From Marsupella aquatica (lineage: Eukaryota; Plantae; Marchantiophyta): a DNA stretch of 64,000 nucleotides. A model generated the notes under the pieces. That model made no database searches, was not told the DNA's origin, and saw only the letters and a program-made list of their open reading frames with translations. The position numbers were made by a program, and so were the translations under genes. Below are positions 13,828-25,760 of this stretch, piece by piece. The number at the start of each line of letters is the position of its first letter. Position 1 is the first letter of the stretch. The DNA lies in NCBI GenBank assembly GCA_973895155.1, contig OZ316894.1, forward strand, positions 7,030,234-7,094,233, written 5' to 3'.

Positions 13828-15038
13828 TACCCTTTCATATCATGACACTGTAAGATTCTGAGAATATCTAGGAACATCCTGACCCTACAAAGTTTTAGTG
13901 TGAGATATATGCTTGATGGGCCCCCTGGTGAACCTTTCTTACCTGATGGGCCCCTAGGTAACTTTTTTTACCAAGTAGGACCCCTCTTAATGACCAGTAC
14001 ACCTGTTCTTGTGTGGTGCCTATACCTGTCCTTGTGTGGTGCCTACTATGTATGGTGACTCCAAGCAAACTGCACAGTTGAACCGTGCGGTCAACCTTGC
14101 ATGGTCGCGCGACCAAGAAACCACGGAGATGATTTGGGAGAAACTGCGAAAAGCAACTGCCGCTGTCAAAACTATTAATGATTTGAAGACAATATGCATT
14201 ATGTCTTTGGATTCAATGGGTTAATGCCTGAAGACTCAATGGATTATGTCTTCCCGTGTTTCAAGGTTTAGGGTTTACGGTGTACCCCGACACCTTTGGG
14301 TCTGTCTTCTTTTGAAATTGTTTGTATGCATGCACAGGGGAATATTACCATTTTTTGAGTACAATTGTCAATCATTTGCCAATTTTTGTTGTGGCGGCAG
14401 TAGGCAAATTTTGAACATTGAACTTGAATATTCTTTGTGGACATTTGGAGGTACCCCACACTGACGCTGACAGTCGTGCATGAAAACATCGTGAAAAACC
14501 CATGTGCGCAATGTGAAAAATATACCTAATAACTACCCCACGATACGGTAAAAATTTGAACCCAAAGACATAATCCATTGTGTCTTCAGGCATTAACCCA
14601 GTGAATCCGAAGACATAATGCATATTGTCTTCAAATCGCAGTTTTGACAGCGGTAGTTGCTTTTCGCGATTTCTCCCGAATCATCTCCGTGATTTCTTAG
14701 TCTACCATGCAAGGTTGACCGCACGGTTCAACTGTACAGTTTGCTTGGAGTCACCATACATAGTAGGCACCACACAAGGACAGGTGTACTGGTCATTAAG
14801 AGGGGTCTTACTTGGTAAAAAAAGTTACCTAGGGGCCCATCAGGTAAAAAAGGTTCACAAGGGGGCCCATCAAGCATATATCTCTTTTAGTGTCCATCCC
14901 AATAACTTAATTTTGGAAACAATCCTCATACCCTTTCATATCATATCATAACAGTGTAAGGTTCTGAGAATGTCCGGGAAGATTTTGACCCTACAGGGTT
15001 TTGGTGTCCATCCTAGTAAACTAATTTTGGAGACAATC
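13828..15038. repeat. ~110-bp tandem repeat (2 copies); the first copy is split by the MULE
   Basis: taccctttcatatcat...gaccctaca..gtttt.gtgtccatcc...taattttgga.acaatc at 13828-13901 + 14894-14927, and intact at ~14928-15038. Confidence 0.85.
13902..14884. mobile_element. Non-autonomous Mutator-like element (MULE) with long TIRs
   Basis: Inverted repeats 13902-14252 and 14565-14884 begin GAGATATATGC and end GCATATATCTC. Perfect 9-bp TSD TTTTAGTGT at 13893-13901 and 14885-14893. The ~310-bp internal segment has no transposase. Confidence 0.9.
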
Positions 15039-15542
15039 ACTGATGGTCATCATTAATTAAGCACTTAACTTCAAACCAGACCAAACCAAACCTTTGAGCA
15101 ATGTCCACACCTCCATGAACCACAGGAGCTGTTAGACCAGGGGCAGACTTTTGGAAGGCTTCATTTTGGAAGACACCATGAACGGCGCCGTACAGGAGGC
15201 CAAAGCTTTGAGTGTTGCGGGCTCTAAAAACTCTAACCATGTAGAATTTATAATTTAAGAAGAAACTTTGTTTCCCACATAAGAAATGAGCAGTTTTCTG
15301 TTTGCCCAGGTAACCTTTCACACCTTGTTATGGAAGTTCCAATAGGAGAAGGTGGTGCCTCTACCACAAGCAATGCAATTGCAATGGAAGAGAAGGAGAA
15401 GATTAAGCCGACTAAGTTAATTGAAGTTTGACGAAAAGTGAAATGTTAAGATGCCAGTTAGGATGTCTGATAAATGAGGTGGACTAGGAGAATTAGGAGA
15501 ATGCGCCTGACGAGCTGTGTCTTACCGGAACTGTCCCACCTC

Positions 15543-15733
15543 CATGTAGAGAACTCACTATACTGTCTGTGAAACCTGTGTATGAAATCGATATGTGAAA
15601 CCAGGATTTTCATGTGTACATGAGGCTGATCAGGTGTCGTCACCTGGACCTTCCCACCTCATGTTCTCACCATACTGTCTGTGAAACCTGTCTGAAACCC
15701 CGGATTTTCATGTGCTGATCAGGTGTGGCCACT
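15543..15733. repeat. Imperfect direct duplication (atactgtctgtgaaacctgt...ggattttcatgtg...ctgatcaggtgt)
   Basis: Two copies at ~15560-15640 and ~15672-15730. Confidence 0.7.
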
Positions 15734-16202
15734 TGCACTCTACGCCGTTAGACAGAGCTTGCACTCATAAATAGACAGATTTCATTGTACAAAGGACAGA
15801 TCCTGGGATTCAAACTGGATGGCAGAAATTTTGGCGGATGGTTTTCTCTCTTAGTGTCCCTGAACTAAAGTGTGGACACAATTTTTCTTCTGTACAAATA
15901 TGGAAAACATCAACAGACGACATGAAATGATTGAGAAATAGCTTAAGGCTTTTAGATATATTGGGACTGAATGTTTGGCTGTATTTCTGCCATCACTCTA
16001 AAGTTTTCAGCTCACATTTCCTGGTTTTTCCCTGCTCTTGGGTGTTTCAATATGTGTGCAAGGACCTCCATCTTCCCTACTGAATTTAGGGAGTACATAC
16101 TCCATGCCAATGGTGCAACTGATTCTGTCGAATTTGTCCATCATTTGCTACAGCCACACCACTTCCAAGGTACATACAACATTTGACCATGATCAGGCAT
16201 TC

Positions 16203-19200
16203 TCAATAAAATACGTACGATTGGTCGAAGTATCCACTCCTGCACACAAAAAGCAGACGTCTAAGATTTCCCGCCTCACAACATGAGATCAATGATTAGA
16301 GGCATATTTGAGTTTGCTGAATACATTTCCTTATAAGCTTTCGAGACTTTCTCGATGGCTTGGCCATTAACATAAAGAAAGCTTTATCTAACGATGTACA
16401 TACAGAGTCGGAACATAAGATGAATCTCTTTATTAGCTCTTCCGTAAACTGGCAAGCCATTCAATCGCCAATTCTATCACAGCTGTAGTTCCAAGAGATC
16501 TAACCAAAGCAGATGAGCATTGAGCACACTTACCCATCTTTACCAGAGTATACTGGATTAGTATTGTAAATAAGAAACTCCTGCTCTTGTTTTTGAGAAG
16601 ATGGAGCATGTTGCGACTTCCGAGCTTCACTGCAAGGACAAGAGACACTTGGTTAGAGCTAGCGACACTAATAAGAACAATTTCGAAGTTGAGATAACCT
16701 TAGATGAGCGGGTTTTGGAAGGCCTAAGTTCTCACCTGATGACGTAGTTCGCCACGCTCTGAGTGAGTAGGCCTGCTGCAGAACTATGTGGGATAGTATC
16801 ATATCCCCATTCAAACATATTTTTCTGCAAGCACAGGTCAATTTACAACAAAACACGTGAGTGGGCAAAACCGAACACCAAGTCATATTATTCTCACCCT
16901 CTTCCGATGCGTGGTGGCCCAATCTTGGACTAATTCAGCAGTCAGGGAGCCCGATCTCATAGATGTATCTTTTAGCTGTGAGTGCCCACTACGGTTCAGG
17001 CAGCTACACAAGCTCGAAAAATACGTCCTACATTTTCCAGGAAACGGCTAAGAAAGGATGGTTGCTTATAACGGATTGAAATCTGCAGCGTTGGCTTTAC
17101 CTCGGGATGATACTGTACAGCCGTCACCGGATACTTCCTGCCTTGGACAGTAGATACGTACATCTGTAAAACACAAAGAGTTGGTCAATGCAATTTCAAT
17201 CTTGCAACAAACAACCTCAGACATTATGTTTCCAAGCCCACTCCAAACCGATTTCGTTATGGGAGGCTCTAGTTGAATTGTAATTTAACCGATCATCAAC
17301 ATGGACAAAACAATCGATCCTTAGTAAAGGAAGAAGGGATCACCTTGTTGTTGTCATCTGGCGTGATGGTGAGCACCTCGAAAAATTCTGAAAGCGGTTT
17401 CAGAGCAGCGAACTTACTTGGGCTCAAACCCCACTGCCAAAAATTGACACCCCATCAGTCTTTAATTCAATGACAAAAAGATATCCGCAACAGTAAGAAA
17501 TCAAGGAACTTTTATCCAGACGTCCATACGTTCAACTTGCAATCACGGCGAGTGACAGACCTCACTTCTGGCAATGAGGTGGAAGGAGACTAAGCTAGAG
17601 CGACAGGATCTCAGAAAGATGAAGCTTGAGTTTCAGGTCTGGACTCGTACAGACAGCTGAAATACTTCCATGACTTGACTGTCCACTGCAAGAGAACATG
17701 TAATAGCATCATAAGCTAGTGGCGATTTGTCGTTGTAGTTTAAGGCGATACCTTGTGGTTTTCCAGTGCCAGATTCTCGGTGCTAACTTTCTCGATTAGG
17801 GCATCAGGGAACCTGTGAGAGAGATACGAGCAACCGCATAATTTCAGTTCAGAACTGTTATTGATCTGGAATATCCAACCAAACTAATCTCAGGTTGCCA
17901 CTATACATCTCGGAACCCTGTATTCACTCCTTGTGCATTCGACTCTTTAAGAGACACTGGTATCCCATCGAAATTTCCTAATATGTCACTTGAGAGATAA
18001 ATAGTCTTCAATGTCTGTGTGAGGCATGAATCATTAATTAGATCCTTTCCGTAGGGCAGGAGGCTATGCGTGTAGCATCACAGAATCCAGTGGCCGAGCT
18101 TTTAAGTTATTAAATCAGGTTGACGTACAATCCTCGATTATGTACTGACACTGTATATGCCAATCAATGAAAACAGAAGAAATATTCTTAGAGCAATCTA
18201 ATACACTGGGGCGATTGCGGCACCAATCGTTGAACTAGCACTCTGCAAATGGGAAACCAGGACGCACTTTATGGCCCATTTTTTCTTGTCTTTCGTTTGA
18301 AGTTTTGAACTTTAATTTTGTGGCTCCTTTCCATCTCACCGAACCCCCCTCAAACCCACTGATCTCCCCCCGTCATTAAAGATGGAGGATCTTCGCCATT
18401 CTCCAGAAGTGGAAGCAACTGGAGCTCATTTTTGGGAGAAGGGCACTTCGGAACGGAATTTTTTCCGTCCCTTTCTAAAACGAGCCTCTATTCAAAAATT
18501 ATTGCAGAGGGCTCAGTATGGTTTTCCATTAGGTGCCAAGTTTAAAATCATCCGACGGGGAATGTCGAAAGGAAAACAAGATCTGTTCTGTAAACCCTTG
18601 TACCTCGACATTACAGAAAACATGTCCTGTGCTCATCGAGGCTCGAGAGGGTCTTAGTTGAGTCTAAGTATAGGTCTAGGAGGAAACGATATGCAAGCCA
18701 TGAATGAGTTCACAACAAACGAATGTGAGGCTTCCTGGAAATCTTGACTCGCTTGTTAGAAAGAAAATTTTACCATTTGAAAAAGCTCTTGTCTTTGGCA
18801 GCTTCGTTGACGAAAAGCAAAGGAGCTGGTTTCTTCTGTGCTTTGAACGGCTCCAGCACGTTGTGGTCCTACGATCCCAAAGGAAAACACTAGTCAGACG
18901 CCATGCTACTCTGAAATAAAATCCTGACCAATCCAAAGACATCCGTGTGCCACGAGCATTCATACTGTAAAACACTTCTGTTGGCCCGATACAGAAGCTA
19001 CTTAACGTACAGAAGGCAGATGGCTGTGTACCTACCGTAGTTCAATCAGTACAAAGCGGAAGCGTGCACTATGCATTATTTACTAAATTTCTAAAACACT
19101 ACACACAAGGGTACATTGTCATGGGACAGACGCAACCGCATTGAGCTGTTGTCTCTCTATTGAGAAAGACAAGGTATTAAAGTGCAAAACGCGTACACCC

Positions 19201-21013
19201 TAGTGCAGGTGAGAGACTTACTATTTTTGAACTTCGATGAGTAATGAAGGGCAGATGGTAAGCAAAAAATGACACTGTGACCGTGGCAGACGATGGTCAT
19301 GGAAACAAACATGACAGCCAGTCTAGGTACCGTTAAGTGATGAATTGATCGATTCCTTGTGCAGCGAAGCATACCTTCGTGGTGAGAACGGCGAGAAGCT
19401 CGTATCCCAAACACACACCGTAAATGGGGAAGTAATCTCCATTATCGTTCGCCTCTAAAGCCCACTGCACAATGCAGTTGGATCATGTTAGGACAAACTC
19501 TTGCTTGCTCTGGACTTCCAAGCATTGCCCTGCCCCGCCTTCTATCTCAGTCGTGATTGGGCTATCTGTCACGAGGACGAGGTGTGTCGTAAAGCAGAGT
19601 GCGCTCAAAGAGAGATGACGAATACTCACGTTGAAGAGCTTCTCAGCTGTTCGGTAGAATGGTCCGTCTTGCAGGCTGGCATCACCTCCAGGGAGTAAAA
19701 TTCCGTTAATAGCGGCAAATTTCTGCACAGATCAAGCAGCCAGTGACTTAGGACTTACTCATGTAAATTACAAGGATTGTCGAGTTGCAGGGTATATTCA
19801 GGTTTTACGCTGCTCAGCATCTAGAAGACATTCTGCTGAAGAGGAGCAAAAATTTGGAATTGAATGAGATTCTGGACGACGGCGAGCTAGAGAGCCTCCG
19901 TCTTTGCCCTCCCCTAGGCTAAGGGCTGCTGAACCATGAGCGAGAGACCGATACGAGTCGCAGAATGCACATGTGCATTCCTTTGGTGATTTAAGCCTGT
20001 CACCGGCATCAGGATTTCGACAGGTTTCTTCTCCCTCGCATTGAAGTGTAGCGCAAATTTTGCCCATTTTTGGATCCATGGTCTGATTGTATCTATGGGC
20101 ACAGAAATTTCCATTCGTTCCCGTGGCATGGGCAAGGGACATCACGTGAACAATCCTCCTTTCCTCTGGTCATCATACGTACCAAGTTCAAGTTCCGTTC
20201 AATAGATTGACAGGACAGAAGGCACGAACGATTTCTTTCCTCTGTTACCCACTTAGAATTACACTCCTTCGCCGGGCGTATGAGAAGATATGACTCACTT
20301 CTTTGTTCTCCGCTGCCCACTCAAGGACCACCAATAGCGCTTATAATGTTAACGTTCCAGAGGGTCCATTCCTCAACTTCCTCAACTTCGAACTCATCAT
20401 CGTCGGGTGACGACATGGACCCAAGTACATCCACTGATGTGAAGTGAAAACGCCCAATGAATTCAAGGACGGGACAACTACACCAAAGAAACCAAGGAAC
20501 CCAAATGCAAGAGATGCACGGGGGCAATTGGAGGAAATGGCGCAAAGAATGGAAACAATAACCTTGTCATGCTTCCGACTCTCTCCGAAAGATTTCCAAA
20601 TTCCAGATGAGATTGGAGAAGAGGGAATGAACGCAGAGTACACCTGGTGGAGAAGAGGGAATAAAAGCAGGGTGTACCTGCTTCAGGATCTCTTCGGGCT
20701 CGTTGTAAATAAGGGGAACCACACGAGCTCCACCTGACTCCACGAACTTTACATAAGACGCAGCAATATAAGAGATACGAGCTGGGTCACTCGTCCTGGA
20801 ATTGATAATCTTTGAGCCGTCTCCGTCTCCAGGCTGGGAGAGAATCCCAATCAAGGGTCTGGAGTTGAGCACCTTCTCTTCACCCCAAAATGGACTTCTT
20901 CTCTCGGAGGGGAGCTGAATCGGCCGCATCCCATAGACTTGGAGGAGGAGAGATTGTGCACAAAGCACAACCGCCACCTTGCACACTGCTGGAATTCCCA
21001 TCCTTCTTCCCAT
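16203..21013 (-). CDS. GGH: Gamma-glutamyl hydrolase (folylpolyglutamate hydrolase, peptidase C26), 10 exons, with an N-terminal signal-peptide-like segment
   Basis: Exons encode [34 protein letters not shown] (to 20678); INGILLPGG (~19724-19631); [15 protein letters not shown] (catalytic Cys, ~19465-19374); DHNVLEPF (~18868-18773); LALENHK (~17812-17752); WGLSP (~17433-17344); [11 protein letters not shown] (catalytic His, ~17163-17100); KNMFEWG..IPHS (16824-16736); EARKS..LIYN (16629-16533); [10 protein letters not shown] (16239-16203). ATG at 21013 or 21001. Confidence 0.95.
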
Positions 21014-22388
21014 ACTGCTTCTGCTTAGAGGGAGGGAGATTTGAAACGGCCCCCGCACTTAGAACCCACTGGAGCAAAAGTTGGGCCAAATGAAGGGCTC
21101 TACTACACCATTCCTCTGTTGCAAAACGAAAATACGGTCTGACCACCAAATGAAGGTTCCACACCAGCCACGCGAAATCAGAGAAGTAGAAAAGCTGGAC
21201 GGATGCTCTGTTCGGCACAAGGAGACAAAAATTCTCCCATGAGGAGCCTCACCGGAGGTAAAGAGTGTTACGCCCGCCAACAATTGACTGGCACAGTGTC
21301 ATGCTCGTTTTTACCAATCAGCTGCCTCCTCTCATATGAATTGCATAATTACAATCAAGTGAGTCCAGCGGTGGGCTCTCTCTGTCCCTCTCTCTCAACT
21401 CTCCCAATCCATAAAACACTACTGCAAAATGTAGCCTTTCTGAAAATGATGGCTTGCTGATTGTCCTTCCCACTTATCTCAATCAGAGGTCACCATCATC
21501 AGCAGTTCTCTGAAATGGGAGGCTCAGCACGTTATCGCAACACTGAACGCCAAGAACGCTGACTTGTCTATCTCGGTCCTCTCGATCCGAAATTAACATA
21601 ACTGTTCATCTAAAATGGAGCCAAACCCTCCCTCGACCGTGGGGCCTTTAACTGGGAGGGGATTCACTGATGAAGAAGCGAAGTACGTCTTCTTTCTTCT
21701 CTTCTTTCTTCGTTGCTGTGAGAGCGGGAACGAAGAAGACGAGGCAAATGGTGACTCCCAGTGTGTTGGTCGAGCACATACGCAACGAATTTCACGAGAA
21801 AGACGGCGAATCGGCGGTGGGCCAAGTGAATCCATGGACCACAAATCCGAATCTGTCTCCTTATTCAACATTGGGCCATCTTCAGGCATGGCCACACACA
21901 ACACGCCAATGGAATCCATAAATTTCTTATTAACGCAGACAAAACGAAGAACATCATGCATAAAGACTACTCTACAAAAGACTCTCCCTACGGACAGTTT
22001 TATTCCGGTTTTCTCTGTTTGTATATCGAGTTGCCTTTAGTTGGAATCTCTACTGTAGGTTATTTTTAACAAACAACAAAATCTCAATTTAAAACGATTG
22101 TCCCTGCGCTAAAACAACCTGAGGCCCTCCGGCAGTAGTCGGAGATCTCCCAAAATAGGGAGCACCCCTGGCGAAAGCCCTCTGCTTTATCATTTGGGTA
22201 AATGCCCTCCTTCCCGAGCTTTACCTTACACTGTTTCCTTTGAACTACAGACAGGATTCGTTCCTACTGTACTATTCTTGGTTTTTTTCCTTGAAGACAA
22301 ACTCAAATTTCGTTTGAGTTGAGAATTTAGTTATTCTACCCAAGAAGAGTCCATACCAAGGCCAGTAGGAGAGAAATCTTAAAATGCT

Positions 22389-22550
22389 CTTGCACAGCCT
22401 TTACTAAGCATTCTCTTAGAGCATCTTCAGCGGTTATTGTAAGGAGTAAAACTGAATCCCAGACACGACAATGCCCTTGCACAGCCTTGCTAATTCTCTT
22501 AGAGCATCGCCAAGTTTAGTGTCAGGAGTAAAAATTGAATTCCAAACAGC
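22389..22550. repeat. Degenerate ~88-bp tandem duplication
   Basis: cttgcacagcctt..ctaa..ttctcttagagcatc...aggagtaaaa.tgaat.cca.aca occurs twice. Confidence 0.75.
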
Positions 22551-25149
22551 ATACCCAGAAAAACTCTACATGAGGCAAATTCCTGGGACAACGGTGTTGT
22601 CTTTTGAAATTGGCCGGGAACACATGTTTTGGCTAAGTATAAGCGAAATACCAGAAAAACTACAGTACTTAGAAAACTTTTTGGCGATTTAAATGGTACT
22701 GCGAAAGTCTGGAAGCTAGCGAGCCAAGTTACCACTACGATAGAGTAGGATGACAGGAAAAGGAAAGACCCTGAAGCCTAGAACTACCATTGCTGGAAAA
22801 ATTCTGAAGTGCGTGGCTGTCCAATGGAGGGCACCTGGGAGTCGATTGGAGCAAGGCAGCTAAAAATACACGTCGATAAACCGCCCCGCATCTATCACTC
22901 CGAGTCTGACCCCACGCTCTTGACTTGGCGTACCGTAATAAAACCCTTCGCCAGTTCGATCTCTGTTGGCGCCGACGTGGCTCGGGAATTCGACAGATGA
23001 GAGGCTGTCGGATCCTCACTTGCTCACAGTGCGGTGCCAATCGAGACCCTTGTCTCGGTTCTCACATTATTTTCCTTTTGACGGAACATCACAGTATTCA
23101 CCACGACTGATTGTGGACTGTGGACTGTGGAGCTTCTGAAGAACAGCAACAACCTGAGTGGAAAAGGAAGCGCACGTGATGACGTGAACGAGAGACTGCG
23201 CTTTTCGTCACGCCTACGCTACAGGAATCTCGTTTCAGCTCAAGTCCATCGCTGGATTGGTTGAATGGTTCATTGTTTTTTGCATCTTTCGACGGCGAAT
23301 TGAATCCTGGAGGGAAGAATCGCGGTCCCCAAGTGAGAGTTTTCCACGTAGCGTGCTGTGCACATTTCTGAAAAGTGCTTTGCTGCAAGAATTGGAAGGT
23401 GGCAACATTTCCTTCACCCTGGGAGATAACAGGACTTTATCGTCAGGAACTTGTTGATCTGCATGGTCGGAATTTTTGGCGATTTCATCAAATCCCCACA
23501 ATCCAGCGAACTGCAAATAAGCGTCACATCCAACATGGCTTGTGATTTACACTTCCAATAATTTTGTTGAATTGATTCAGCCAAGTTGCCCAGGAGGGTT
23601 TTAGTGGTTTGGCAGTGATGGGGCGCTCGAGATTTTTGGCTCTTTGGTCTTCTCTGGATTTTCCCTGGTTTAATCTCCTCTATTGGGTCTCTGGTAGCCA
23701 TGCTTTTGTGGGCAAAATTTTGCCAATCACTGACCCAATAAAAACTACAGTGGCTGGCTAATGACTCTGGGGATTAGGTGTCTAGTATTCCCCACCATTG
23801 AACGGGGTTTAGTTCTCTGGTGTTCTCCACCACAGCCCAACTACCCATTCTTTGAATATGAATAGAGGGGACCTGAAATAGAGAGGAGTACAATAAAAAT
23901 ATGACCAAAATATATTTTTTATTCACATTCTTTGAATGATTGAAAAGCCCATCATGGATGCCATCATTTTAATAACCATACATAACATACTTTACTCTTT
24001 TCTATGCACATGTGTTGTGGTGGACCAATAGAACCCATTTTTTTAATGTAAATAAAAATCATGACAAAAAGTATGCATGATTGTCATTTGACATGTATCA
24101 TAGTCATGAGTTTTCCCGTCCATACAATGACCCATGGAGGTCCAGTCTAGAGACTTCACTCTAAAAACCTAGTCCCTAACTCTAACTTGTAGTTGGTGCT
24201 TTAACTAAGATTGAATCCACTTTTGGGGAGCATTTGCCAGAAAAAACTGTACAGTTCCAACAAGTATTGTATGGTTGATTATCCAATATCACGCTGCCAA
24301 AGGGCAAAAAATGCCAAATTGGGAGCCAAGATCCCAAAGGCAAAACAACCCAAAGAAGGGGAGGAAAAGAGGGGAAAGGGTCCAAGAAAAAACAATTGAC
24401 TATCTGTACTGCATAACTACACTAAATGCCTTTCCTTATTGTAGAGTTCTTGCCATCGTTCTAGGTGCTAGTCACCACCATTGCAATATTAAAATTAACA
24501 AACCAAGGAAAAAGATGGCTTGTCTCCAGCCTTTGGGATCATGTCTCCCTGGTAGAAGCATTGCATGTTCTTTGGTAGCATTATATATCTCAGGAACTTT
24601 TGCTAGATTACAGTGTCTAACAAGGTGGACAGAACCAGGAAACAGATTTTCCCGAGCCTGAACGAGCCTGATTAGTTTGGCTGTTTTAAATAAATTAATT
24701 GTAATGGGTCCGCTACCTCAGAACCAATCATTTTTATAGCACCCTAATCCTTCCCATGATGCAAATCATATTTGTCTTCTCTTGAAAACTGTCCGCAGTG
24801 AAGGATAGGATGCAGTGGATAAAGAGTGGAGAATGTTTTGTCTGTACAGGTCTACTTTGTCTACAAACTTCTATAGTCAGAATATTTAGTACTCCTTTTC
24901 CTATGCTTCCTGCCCGTGGTGATTTTTATGGTCTTTTCTTTCTGGCCAGGGTGGCTAATGTCACCTTGTGGGAAAGAAAAAGATGCTAGGATTATTCCTT
25001 ATCTAATCTCCTAGATTATTGTCTGAGCATCAAATCTCCCTGGATTTAAGGATAACCGTTACATTCCAGCTGATGGAATCTGTGGCTAGGTGGGGAACTG
25101 GCTAGTGAAAGACTACACATTTAGCAGTGTTTATGCCAAAAGTGGTGAG

Positions 25150-25760
25150 AACTTTTTCTTTTTTGCCTTGAAAAAACCAGAGAATTCCATTCATTTAGTC
25201 AGCATACAAAAAGGGGGGCCTAAAAAACAGAGACACCAACCCAAGGGGATCAGAGGTCGACGTGCCGGGAGGCCGGAACCAGGTAAGAAACTGGGTCTCC
25301 AGAGAGACAAACCAAACAAGCAATTTGGAGACTATGACAGGAGTAGCACACTCCCAAAGACCGGCCAGTGGTCTGGGACTGGTGGGGTCCCATAGAGTGG
25401 GTCCATGATAAGAAAGAACCTATCAGTCTAGAAGTAGCACAGCCTCAAAACCTGAGGAAGAGAGAGTCTCATGGTGGATGGGATGGGACTGGCTGAACTT
25501 GGAGCAGATCTTCGTGAATTTTCCAGTCCATCCCAAGTCCCAAAGGCCATTGGCATCTCATGGTGAGTTTCACCATATGTGATCTTCCCATTTTGAACCC
25601 TGGTTCTAAGCCTGGCCCAATCCCTTCGGAGGTAAACTCTTAGACGCTGCCAGGTTTTCCGAATAAGTCCTTGTGGTTTGGGCTGGGTGTGCTCAATCCA
25701 GTGGTGATAACTTTTTCAGTGAAGTGGAATCCAGCAATTTTCCATACTACAGAAAACCCT
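25150..25760 (-). mobile_element. 5'-truncated LINE-like (non-LTR) 3' fragment
   Basis: Minus strand gives a disrupted Trp/Arg-rich frame (GLIRKTWQRLRVYLRRDWARL...WKIHEDLLQVQPVPSHPP*), then a T/G-rich UTR-like stretch ending in an A-rich tract (T-run at ~25153-25165 on +). No RT motif is visible; assigned by resemblance only. Confidence 0.45.

Noticed and set aside
13895-14951. Paired ORFs sharing QVYWSLRGVLLGKKSYLGAHQV
   Set aside because: They are the two TIRs of the MULE read on opposite strands, not genes.
21593-22040. Overlapping 83-141 aa ORFs upstream of GGH
   Set aside because: No motif or splice support; cannot distinguish from chance ORFs or TE debris.
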